This document shows, one piece after another, positions 36,660 through 43,703 of a DNA stretch of 43,703 nucleotides. The first letter of the stretch is position 1. Each line of letters begins with the position of its first letter. Location: NCBI GenBank assembly GCA_026396255.1, contig JAPLXD010000013.1:1-43703 (forward strand), read 5' to 3'. Origin of the DNA: Candidatus Moraniibacteriota bacterium (GTDB taxonomy: Bacteria > Patescibacteriota > Minisyncoccia > Moranbacterales > UBA11712). Made by a program: the position numbers and the translations under genes. The notes below the pieces were generated by a model, which worked only from the letters and a program-made list of their open reading frames with translations, searched no databases and was not told the origin of the DNA.

Positions 36660-36715
36660 TTTTAGTATATTTTTGTCTTCGTGCGACCAAGGACGACACC
36701 CCAATAACACCCTCG

Positions 36716-36744
36716 ATTCTATAATATTTTACGAAAAATATCAA
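36716..36744 (-). promoter_or_regulatory. Promoter for the tRNA-Gln locus
   Basis: TTGATA-17-TAGAAT. Confidence 0.55.
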
Positions 36745-36774
36745 GTAAAAAAGCCTTGAAGTCGGCTTGCTATG

Positions 36775-36803
36775 AAATCCCCCTTCAGAAAAGGGGGAGT
36801 TTT
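36775..36803 (-). terminator. Probable terminator after ftsX
   Basis: TCCCCCTT-N5-AAGGGGGA stem immediately after the stop codon. Confidence 0.55.
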
Positions 36804-37715
36804 TTATACTTTCAAGTATCTTCGGATGGCGATGAGGCTGCTGATGGTTCCAAGGGCGACACCGGTGAAGAGTTGGATGAGAAAAATCAGCCAAAGGTTA
36901 TGCATGAAATTGGCTTGCACCTCTTGCACGGAAACGGCGCCGGAAAGATAGGGCGCGACGAATTTGATAAGCGGAAAAAGGAAAAGCATAACAACGACGG
37001 CCGAGATTGTGCCATAGATGATGCCCTCGAAGATGAAAGGCATCCGGATATAGGGATTTGAGGCGCCGACCAGGCGCATAATTTCAATTTCCTGCCGATG
37101 GGCGTATATCGTGATGCGGATGGCATTGAAAGTGATGAGTACGGCGATGAGGGAGAAAAGGGTGGCGAGCATTGCGCCGACATTCCGGGTGGTTGAGAGG
37201 ACGTTATTGAGCCGTTCGATCACAATCTTGTTTTTGGCGTAGTTGATCCGGTTTATATAATCTTTGTAGGCGGAATTTTGGACTGCGGTCGCAATGGTGT
37301 CATATTGGTCCGGGGTGACAGCTTTGATGTTGACCGAAGCGTTCAAGGGATTGTCGCCGATGGCGTCGATCGACTGCATGATGGTCGGGTTGTCCGCATT
37401 TTTGGCTTTGAATTCGTCAAGTGCCCTGTTTTTCGAGACATAGTCGGCTGATTTCACTTCTTTATACTGCAAAACAGTTGACCGGAACTCCATAATTTTC
37501 GATTCTTCCGTGTCGCTTTTGAAATAGACGCTGATATCCACTTTGTCCTGGACGGATCGGATGACAAGATTCGCCGCGATCGAGAGGACGATCAACGTGC
37601 TGATAATGAGAAGCGTGAGGGAAATGATGCTGATCACGGCAAAACTGAGCCAGCCGTTGCGGCGGAAATGCTGGAATCCTGACTTGAATGTTCGCGATAA
37701 TGTGAGTAGCAACAT
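36804..37715 (-). CDS. ftsX: Cell division permease-like protein FtsX
   Basis: HFRRNGWLS, NPL.AS, RQEIEIMRLVGAS..IRMPFIFEG; coupled to ftsE. Confidence 0.93.
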   Translation of the reverse strand: MLLLTLSRTFKSGFQHFRRNGWLSFAVISIISLTLLIISTLIVLSIAANLVIRSVQDKVDISVYFKSDTEESKIMEFRSTVLQYKEVKSADYVSKNRALDEFKAKNADNPTIMQSIDAIGDNPLNASVNIKAVTPDQYDTIATAVQNSAYKDYINRINYAKNKIVIERLNNVLSTTRNVGAMLATLFSLIAVLITFNAIRITIYAHRQEIEIMRLVGASNPYIRMPFIFEGIIYGTISAVVVMLFLFPLIKFVAPYLSGAVSVQEVQANFMHNLWLIFLIQLFTGVALGTISSLIAIRRYLKV

Positions 37716-37733
37716 TGTTTTGCGTTTGCGAAA

Positions 37734-38420
37734 TTAGATCGCGTAGCGGCCCTTGCTGTGGTCGCGGATTATTTTTCCCTGGTCGAGCGTGATGACCCTC
37801 TTTTTGACACGGTTGACGATATCCTTGTTGTGAGTGGCCAGAAGAATAGTTGTTCCCAATTTGTTGATCTTGAGAAGCAATTGGATGATTCCCCAGCTGC
37901 TGATCGGGTCGAGATTTCCCGTCGGTTCGTCGGCGATGATGAGCGGCGGCCGGTGTACCAGGGCTCTCGCGATGGCGACTCTTTGTTGCTCTCCTCCGGA
38001 TATTTCGCGGGGATAACTGTCTAATTTGTGGGCGAGGCCGACAATTTCCAGAATCTGCGGAACCAGTTCATTGATTTCTTTGTCGCTATGGTCGGAAACT
38101 TCCAAGGCGAAGGCCACGTTTTCAAAAAGGGTTTTTCGGGGAAGCAATTTGAAATCCTGAAAAACCGTTCCGATCCGGCGGCGATAAAAGGGCAGCTGCT
38201 TGGGAGTGAGATTGGAGATATCTTCTCCGTTGAAAAAAATTTCTCCCGAGGTCGGTTTTTCTTCGGCATAAAGAAGCTTGAGAAGGGTCGATTTTCCCGC
38301 TCCGCTGTGACCGACAAGGGAAACAAACTCTTCTTTTTCAATGACAAAACTGATCTCATCGAGAGCGATGGTGTTGATCCCTCCGGTATATATTTTTTTG
38401 ACGTTGCGGAATTCAATCAT
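37734..38420 (-). CDS. ftsE: Cell division ATP-binding protein FtsE
   Basis: [34 protein letters not shown]; start MIEFRNV. Confidence 0.95.
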   Translation of the reverse strand: MIEFRNVKKIYTGGINTIALDEISFVIEKEEFVSLVGHSGAGKSTLLKLLYAEEKPTSGEIFFNGEDISNLTPKQLPFYRRRIGTVFQDFKLLPRKTLFENVAFALEVSDHSDKEINELVPQILEIVGLAHKLDSYPREISGGEQQRVAIARALVHRPPLIIADEPTGNLDPISSWGIIQLLLKINKLGTTILLATHNKDIVNRVKKRVITLDQGKIIRDHSKGRYAI

Positions 38421-38421
38421 T

Positions 38422-39505
38422 TTATTTTGATTTGAGATATGTTTCGATAAACTCTTCCAAATTTCCATCCAGCACTTCTTCGGGGTTTTTGGATTCAAAT
38501 TTTGTCCGGTGGTCTTTGACGAGCTTGTAGGGATGCAGGACATACGACCGGATCTGACTTCCCCACTGCACTTCGGTGTGCCCTCCTTTGATTTTCTTCT
38601 TTTCTTTTTCCTTGTTTTCGAGATAACGTTGATGAAGTTTGGCTTTCAGGATTTTCATCGACTGCTCCTTGTTTTGGAGCTGGCTGCGTTCGTTTTGGGA
38701 GCTGGCGACGATTCCCGTCGGAATATGCGTGATGCGAACGGCACTGTCGGTTTTGTTCACGGACTGGCCGCCGGCACCGCCTGATCGAAACGTATCAATC
38801 CTCAAATCGCCCGGGTCAATCTCAACTTCTTTTATTCTATCAATTTCCGGCAAAACTTCAACCAGGGAAAAAGATGTTTGCCTCAGATTTTTGGCATTGA
38901 AGGGAGAAAGGCGCACCAAGCGATGCACGCCCGCTTCCGCCCGCAGGTATCCGTAGGCCAGCTTCCCAATCACCTCAATCGTCGCGCTTTTGATCCCGGC
39001 TTCTTGTCCGCGCGATTCGGAAATTATTTTTGCTTTCCAGTTTTTTCTTTCGGCAAAGCGGAGATACATTTTGAGCAGCATTTCGGCCCAATCTTGCGCG
39101 TCGGTGCCTCCGGTTCCGCTGTGGATCGACAAAATGGCATTGCTTTGGTCATATTCGCCCCGGAAAAGGGTTTCAAATTCGATATCTTCGATATTCTTCT
39201 CGATCTTTTCGGCTTGTTTTTCAATTTCTTTCTTCATTCCCTCATCCTCCGCTGCCAAATCAGCCATTTCATTCAAATTGTCGATTTCCGTTTCAGACTC
39301 GCTCAATTTTTTGATCTCATCTCGCAAGATTTCAAGTTCTTGCATCGTTTTTTGCGCCAATTCCTGGTTTTGCCAAAAATCTTCACTGCTTGATATCTTT
39401 TCCAGTTCGTCAATTCTCTTTTTCTTTGAAGGAAAGTCAAAGACAGTCGCTTACGGAAGCGATTCTTTGGCGGAGATCTTCAATTTTCGCGATGATTTTC
39501 TGCAT
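38422..39505 (-). CDS. prfB: Peptide chain release factor 2 with programmed +1 frameshift
   Basis: 22-codon first ORF ending CTT-TGA-C (39442-39436); SPF and GGQ motifs in the +1 frame. Confidence 0.96.
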
Positions 39506-39535
39506 TGATGAAATTATACCACAACAAACCAAACA

Positions 39536-39564
39536 TTGCCATAATTTGAAAAGTTGCTTATAAT
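39536..39564 (+). promoter_or_regulatory. Promoter for the tRNA-Gly/tRNA-Thr unit
   Basis: TTGCCA-17-TATAAT. Confidence 0.65.
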
Positions 39565-39576
39565 TCCTTTGTATTT

Positions 39577-39647
39577 GCGGGTGTAGTATAGTGGTAATAC
39601 GCGACCTTCCCAAGGTTGAGTCGGGAGTTCGATTCTCCTCGCCCGCT
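39577..39647 (+). tRNA. tRNA-Gly (CCC)
   Basis: GCGGGTG/CGCCCGC acceptor stem, CGACC-TTCCCAA-GGTTG anticodon arm, GTTCGATT T loop. Confidence 0.93.
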
Positions 39648-39658
39648 ATGAATTGAAT

Positions 39659-39696
39659 GCCGATGTAGCTTCCGCCATAGGCGGACAGGCAGTTGG
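39659..39696 (+). pseudogene. 5' relic of a second tRNA (Thr-like) with hairpin insert
   Basis: GCCGATGTAGCT [TCCGCCATAGGCGGACAGG] CAGTTGG. Confidence 0.7.
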
Positions 39697-39714
39697 CAAA
39701 GTGATAAATAAAAT

Positions 39715-39790
39715 GCCATCTTAGCTCAGCTGGTAGAGCAATGCTTTCGTAAAGCAGAGGTCCCGAGTTCGAATCTCGGAGATGGCTCCA
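39715..39790 (+). tRNA. tRNA-Thr (CGT)
   Basis: GCCATCT/AGATGGC acceptor stem, TTCGTAA anticodon loop, GTTCGAATC, encoded CCA. Confidence 0.95.
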
Positions 39791-39807
39791 AAAATTTTAG
39801 GTTTTGA

Positions 39808-39869
39808 GTCCGCGGTTTTTACCCGCCCGAAGCGTAAGCGGAGGAGGGCGATCCCGCGCATCGGCTCCA
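39808..39869 (+). pseudogene. 3' relic of the second tRNA with an insert in the T loop
   Basis: GTCCGCGGTT [31 nt] CGATCCCGCGCATCGGCTCCA; CATCGGC pairs with GCCGATG at 39659. Confidence 0.75.
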
Positions 39870-39871
39870 AA

Positions 39872-39899
39872 ATAAAAACCCCAATTGCGGGGTTTTTAT
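39872..39899. terminator. Bidirectional terminator
   Basis: ATAAAAACCCC-AATTGC-GGGGTTTTTAT. Confidence 0.8.
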
Positions 39900-39919
39900 G
39901 ATATTTAAAATAAAGTTTT

Positions 39920-40966
39920 TTAGAAAACTGACGGGTCCCCTTCCGAATTGGCGGGAAGGCTTTGCTCGAAAGTTTTCATGGCGGAATCGCGGAATTCCAC
40001 TTGGCCGGTGCTTGGATTCCATTGATAGTCCTTGAGAAAAACCGTCACAGAATAATTTTTCATTTGGCTGGAGAGCCAGTCGGAATAGGTCGGAATTTTG
40101 ACAAAAATCTGAGCCAGATGCACCATATCCTCACTGTTTTCGGTTTTTTTCTCGAGAAGCTTCAAAACATGAAAACCAAGCGGACTTTGGACGGGTTCGC
40201 TGATATCCCCAACTTTCATTGAAAAGGCCTTGTCCGCCACTTGTTGGATCAACTGGTCTTTTGTCGACCAACCGAGGTCTCCGCCGTTTGCGGCGCTTTG
40301 TCCATCCGAATTTTCTTTTGCAACTTTCGCAAAATCCTCTTTTTTGCTTGTCACGCGGTCGTATAATGATTTGATTTTTGTTTGCTCGGTGCTTGTGTCC
40401 AAGCTGCTTGTGTATATTTCAGCCAGCTTTGTGGAATATATTTCCGGCTTCACCACTTTTTGCTCAAAATCATTAAGCGTCCAGCCATAGAGGCGCGCCA
40501 AATCACTCATCAAATTGTCTTTGTTTCCAAATTGCTGGATATTGCTTTCCAGTTCCGAGGCAACGGCACTGTCTGCCAAATTGATTCCCCGCGCCTTAGC
40601 CAGACTTTCGATCACTTTGTTTTCGATCAGCTTGTTGATGATTCCTTTTTCTTTCACTTGCAGTCTCTTTTTGCCCTGGTCGGTGGAAAAATCAACCCGC
40701 ATGCCGATTTTTTCAAAATCCTGCGATTCATAGAATTTTCGGATAGCGGCGTCATCGGCCTTTATCTCGTTCACGGGAATGGTCCCGGCTCCGCGGACAT
40801 AGACGGCCGGAAAGGGAATGGCTTTCGTTGCGGCAACAAAAAATCGGTTGCTCCAATTGAATTTGTATATTCCGAGAACCAAAACCAGTAAAAAGAGAAA
40901 GATCACCGCGGTGCAGGCTCCAACAATCAACCAAATTTTGTGTTTTTTCAATTTTTCTTTTGACAT
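39920..40966 (-). CDS. SurA/PrsA-like parvulin peptidyl-prolyl isomerase
   Basis: TM anchor, DFAKVAKENSD..SAANGGDLGW, SEPVQSPLGFHVLK. Confidence 0.88.
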   Translation of the reverse strand: MSKEKLKKHKIWLIVGACTAVIFLFLLVLVLGIYKFNWSNRFFVAATKAIPFPAVYVRGAGTIPVNEIKADDAAIRKFYESQDFEKIGMRVDFSTDQGKKRLQVKEKGIINKLIENKVIESLAKARGINLADSAVASELESNIQQFGNKDNLMSDLARLYGWTLNDFEQKVVKPEIYSTKLAEIYTSSLDTSTEQTKIKSLYDRVTSKKEDFAKVAKENSDGQSAANGGDLGWSTKDQLIQQVADKAFSMKVGDISEPVQSPLGFHVLKLLEKKTENSEDMVHLAQIFVKIPTYSDWLSSQMKNYSVTVFLKDYQWNPSTGQVEFRDSAMKTFEQSLPANSEGDPSVF

Positions 40967-40972
40967 GATATT

Positions 40973-41079
40973 TTGGACATCCGATGTCCAAGCATTTAGG
41001 ACTTTGTGGACAGTCGGTTATTTATTGATAAATTATCTTCGAGAAAAAATTTTATAAATCAAGGACATCGGATGTCCTT
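40973..41079. repeat. Pair of 19-bp palindromes bracketing the intergenic region
   Basis: TTGGACATCCGATGTCCAA (40973-40991) and AAGGACATCGGATGTCCTT (41061-41079). Confidence 0.8.
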
Positions 41080-41494
41080 ATGTTGCGAAAAAATATTTCC
41101 ACCATTTTTGCCAGTTCGGAGAGTTGTCTTCGGGCGGAGCTTGAGGATTGGCAGCGACATTTTGCGGTTGACTGCTCGGCTCGACAACGTCTTTTCGCAG
41201 AACAATCATTTTTTCATCGCTTTTTTGGAGATTGAGTTTTTCGCGGGCTTGCTTTTCCTGAAAATCAGTTGAGGCAAGATAGCTGATCAAATTTTGCATA
41301 TCCCCATTTTGCTGCCCCATCTGACTGATCTGCGATTGAAGCCCTTCGATTTCTTTTTGGATTTGCCGCTTGCGATAGACTTCTTTTCCGAGGGATATTC
41401 CAATCAGAACCAAGACGGCCAAACCGGCGAGAAAAAACATTCCCGAAAAAATCTTGGCAGAGGTGTTTGTTTTTTCGCGATTTTTTCTTTTCAT
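41078..41494 (-). CDS. Septum formation initiator (DivIC/FtsB-like)
   Basis: TM helix, coiled coil, EKQAREKLNL.K.DE, NWQKWWKYFF tail. Confidence 0.85.
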   Translation of the reverse strand: MKRKNREKTNTSAKIFSGMFFLAGLAVLVLIGISLGKEVYRKRQIQKEIEGLQSQISQMGQQNGDMQNLISYLASTDFQEKQAREKLNLQKSDEKMIVLRKDVVEPSSQPQNVAANPQAPPEDNSPNWQKWWKYFFAT

Positions 41495-41577
41495 CCCTCA
41501 CCAATTCTACGACGCATTATTTAATAAGTTATATTTAATTTTGATATTGTTTAATCTGGGAATTGGTGAGGGATGAA
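41490..41577. mobile_element. 88-bp MITE-like element with 18-bp perfect terminal inverted repeats
   Basis: TTCATCCCTCACCAATTC...GAATTGGTGAGGGATGAA around an AT-rich core. Confidence 0.65.
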
Positions 41578-41579
41578 CT

Positions 41580-41687
41580 CTAGAATCTCATTAGCGGAGC
41601 AATTGTAAAGGCCACCATCGAAAGAACAGCCAGAATGGTGATGATAAGCCAAACTATTCTGATTTTTTTCTTGTGTCGGGATTTCAT
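41580..41687 (-). CDS. 35-aa small membrane protein not in the ORF track
   Basis: MKSRHKKKIRIVWLIITILAVLSMVAFTIAPLMRF*, starting 18 bp after the lepA stop. Confidence 0.65.
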   Translation of the reverse strand: MKSRHKKKIRIVWLIITILAVLSMVAFTIAPLMRF

Positions 41688-41705
41688 AGTGTCTATATTA
41701 TACCA

Positions 41706-43559
41706 CTATTTCCGCAAAACCGCCAAAAAAGCCGAACTGGGGATTTCGACCCGCCCGATATTGGTCATTTTTTTCTTTCCTTTTTTCTGTTTTTCAAGCA
41801 GTTTTCGCTTGCGGGTGATATCTCCGCCATAGAGTTTCGCCGTCACATCTTTTCGGAAGGCTTTGACACTTTCGCGGGCCAGAATCTTCGCTCCGACGGC
41901 CGCTTGCAGAGCAATCACAAAGTTTTGCCGAGGGATGACGTCCTTCAATTTTTCAACCGTCGCTTTGCCCTCGGAAAAGGCTTTTTCTTCGGGGACTATT
42001 CTCGAAAAGGCGTCGATCTTGTCTCCGGCGACCAAAATATCCAGCTTCACGAGCTTGTTCGGCCGGTTGCCGATGATTTCGTAGTTCATCGAGGCGTAGC
42101 CGCTCGAAGCGCTTTTCAATTTGTCATGGAGATCGATGATGACATCCGTGAGGGGCGCTTCAAAGGTCAGGATCAGTCTTTCGGCGTCGATATATTCGGT
42201 ATTCTTGTATTCTGCGCGGGTGCTCCGCATGAGATCCATGATTGAGCCGAGATATTTCGAGGGGGAAATCAAATCCAGCTTCACATAGGGCTCCTCAATT
42301 GATTCAATGACAGACAGATCAGGCATTTCGAGAGGTGAATATATTTTGGTTTTTTCTTTTTTGCCTTTCGTACTCACTTGGTAGACGACACTTGGAGTTG
42401 TGATCACGGGATCAATTTCAAATTCCCGCTTGAGTCTTTCCTGGATGATTTCCATATGCAAAAGCCCCAAGAAGCCGCAGCGGAATCCCCGTCCCAACGC
42501 CAGATTGGCTTCCGGCTCAAAAGAGAAAGCGGCATCATTGAGTTTTAATTTCCCCAACGCGTCGCGCATGAAGTTGTAATCATCCCCTTCTTTCGGATAG
42601 AGACTAGCATAGACAACCGGCATAATTTCTTTGTATCCGGGGAGCGCTTGAATTTTTTCCTTGTTTTTTTCCAAGACGATTGTATCGCCGACGCGACAGT
42701 CTTCGACGGTTTTGAATCCGGTCGCGATATATCCGATATCTCCTGCGGACAATCCCGGCGTTTTTTCCAAGTTTGGCTTTAAATGACCAACTTCTATGAC
42801 AATACTTCCTTGCTTGGTGGCCATGGTCAATATTTTTTCTTCCGCTTTCACTGCCCCATCGACGATTCTGACATAGGCCAAAACGCCTTTATATGTATCG
42901 TATTTTGAATCAAAAATAAGCGCGCGCAGCGATTTTTCTTGTTCGCCTCTTGGGTGCGGAATTTTTTCAACGATCTTTTGAAGAATATTTTCAACTCCCT
43001 CACCCGTTTTTCCACTGGCTTCCAAAATATCCTCTTCATGACAGCCAAGGAGATGGACGATTTCTTTTTTTGATTTTTCCACTTCGGCGTTCGGCAAATC
43101 AATCTTATTCACCACGGGAATGATTTCCAGTCCTTGTTCAACGGCATGATAGAGATTGGCAACGGTCTGTGCTTGCACACCCTTTGATGCGTCCACGAGC
43201 AAAACCGCCCCTTCCACTGCGGCGAGAGACCGCGAAACTTCATACTGAAAGTCAACGTGACCGGGCGTGTCGATCAGATTCAGTATAAAAGCTTGGCTTT
43301 GAGGAATTCCGAGAGCTCTGCTCGAGGAAGGGAAAAGCCGAGCTTTGGCGATGTCAGGAAGCTTATACAACATCCTGACAGGTTGTAATTTTATGGTAAT
43401 GCCCCTTTCTCGTTCGAGGTCCATCGTGTCCAGCAGCTGTTCTTTCATTTTTCTGTCCTCGACCGTATGCGTGATTTCAAGCATCCGATCGGCTAAGGTC
43501 GATTTTCCATGATCTATATGGGCTATAATTACAAAATTTCTAACGTTTTCTTTATTCAT
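41706..43559 (-). CDS. lepA: Elongation factor 4 (LepA)
   Basis: RNF.IIAHIDHGKSTLADR, ERERGITIK, DTPGHVDF, NKIDL, GFRCGFLGLLH, YGGDITRKRKLLEKQK. Confidence 0.98.
   Translation of the reverse strand: MNKENVRNFVIIAHIDHGKSTLADRMLEITHTVEDRKMKEQLLDTMDLERERGITIKLQPVRMLYKLPDIAKARLFPSSSRALGIPQSQAFILNLIDTPGHVDFQYEVSRSLAAVEGAVLLVDASKGVQAQTVANLYHAVEQGLEIIPVVNKIDLPNAEVEKSKKEIVHLLGCHEEDILEASGKTGEGVENILQKIVEKIPHPRGEQEKSLRALIFDSKYDTYKGVLAYVRIVDGAVKAEEKILTMATKQGSIVIEVGHLKPNLEKTPGLSAGDIGYIATGFKTVEDCRVGDTIVLEKNKEKIQALPGYKEIMPVVYASLYPKEGDDYNFMRDALGKLKLNDAAFSFEPEANLALGRGFRCGFLGLLHMEIIQERLKREFEIDPVITTPSVVYQVSTKGKKEKTKIYSPLEMPDLSVIESIEEPYVKLDLISPSKYLGSIMDLMRSTRAEYKNTEYIDAERLILTFEAPLTDVIIDLHDKLKSASSGYASMNYEIIGNRPNKLVKLDILVAGDKIDAFSRIVPEEKAFSEGKATVEKLKDVIPRQNFVIALQAAVGAKILARESVKAFRKDVTAKLYGGDITRKRKLLEKQKKGKKKMTNIGRVEIPSSAFLAVLRK
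43288..43346. repeat. Palindromic element inserted in frame in the lepA G domain
   Basis: AAAGCTTGGCTTT...TTCCGAGAGCTCTGCTCGAGGAA...AAAGCCGAGCTTT. Confidence 0.75.
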
Positions 43560-43569
43560 ACTCTTTAAC

Positions 43570-43646
43570 CGCGCTCTAAATCCCCGAGCGTAAGCTCGTG
43601 GGATGGATGCGCTCCCCAAATCCTTTTCGTCGTGCTAACCTTGGGG
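43570..43646. repeat. Structured palindromic leader upstream of lepA
   Basis: ATCCCCGAGC-GTAA-GCTCGTGGGAT hairpin plus CCCCAA/TTGGGG stem. Confidence 0.5.
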
Positions 43647-43703
43647 TATGAATAAATATTTGCACGATTCCCATTGCGTATACTGTTGCGATTATCATAT
43701 AGT

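Noticed and set aside
36269-36660. Prophage or integrative island att sites
   Set aside because: The duplicated part is the tRNA 5' end, only ~320 bp are enclosed and no integrase is present.
39659-39869. Group I intron-containing tRNA
   Set aside because: Inserts are 19-31 nt with no catalytic core, and no anticodon arm for the outer tRNA could be found.

Overview
Bacterial chromosomal segment of about 40 genes. Gene content, mostly SD-less A-rich leaders and small palindromic repeats suggest a Patescibacteria/CPR (Parcubacteria-like) genome; this is inference. It holds housekeeping genes (iscS/iscU, rpmA, pyrG, rplI, S41 protease, folD, glyA, priA, def, fmt, groES, ftsEX, prfB with +1 frameshift, PPIase, DivIC-like, lepA), three tRNAs (Gln-CTG, Gly-CCC, Thr-CGT) and a ~16 kb surface-glycan locus (11.7-27.4 kb). 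Most notable: (1) a divergent RtcB-family ligase and a thymidylate-kinase-like protein tightly embedded in a glycosyltransferase/flippase operon; (2) a ~50-nt promoter-to-terminator small RNA convergent with a NYN ribonuclease gene; (3) tRNA loci carrying tRNA stubs, a frameshifted GIY-YIG gene and a tRNA-Thr nested inside a split tRNA relic; (4) several palindromic element families, many inserted in frame in proteins; (5) a 16-bp duplication breaking the def start and a PriA with degenerate helicase motifs. No CRISPR array, rRNA, integrase or transposase was seen. All family calls are from motif recognition, not database searches.
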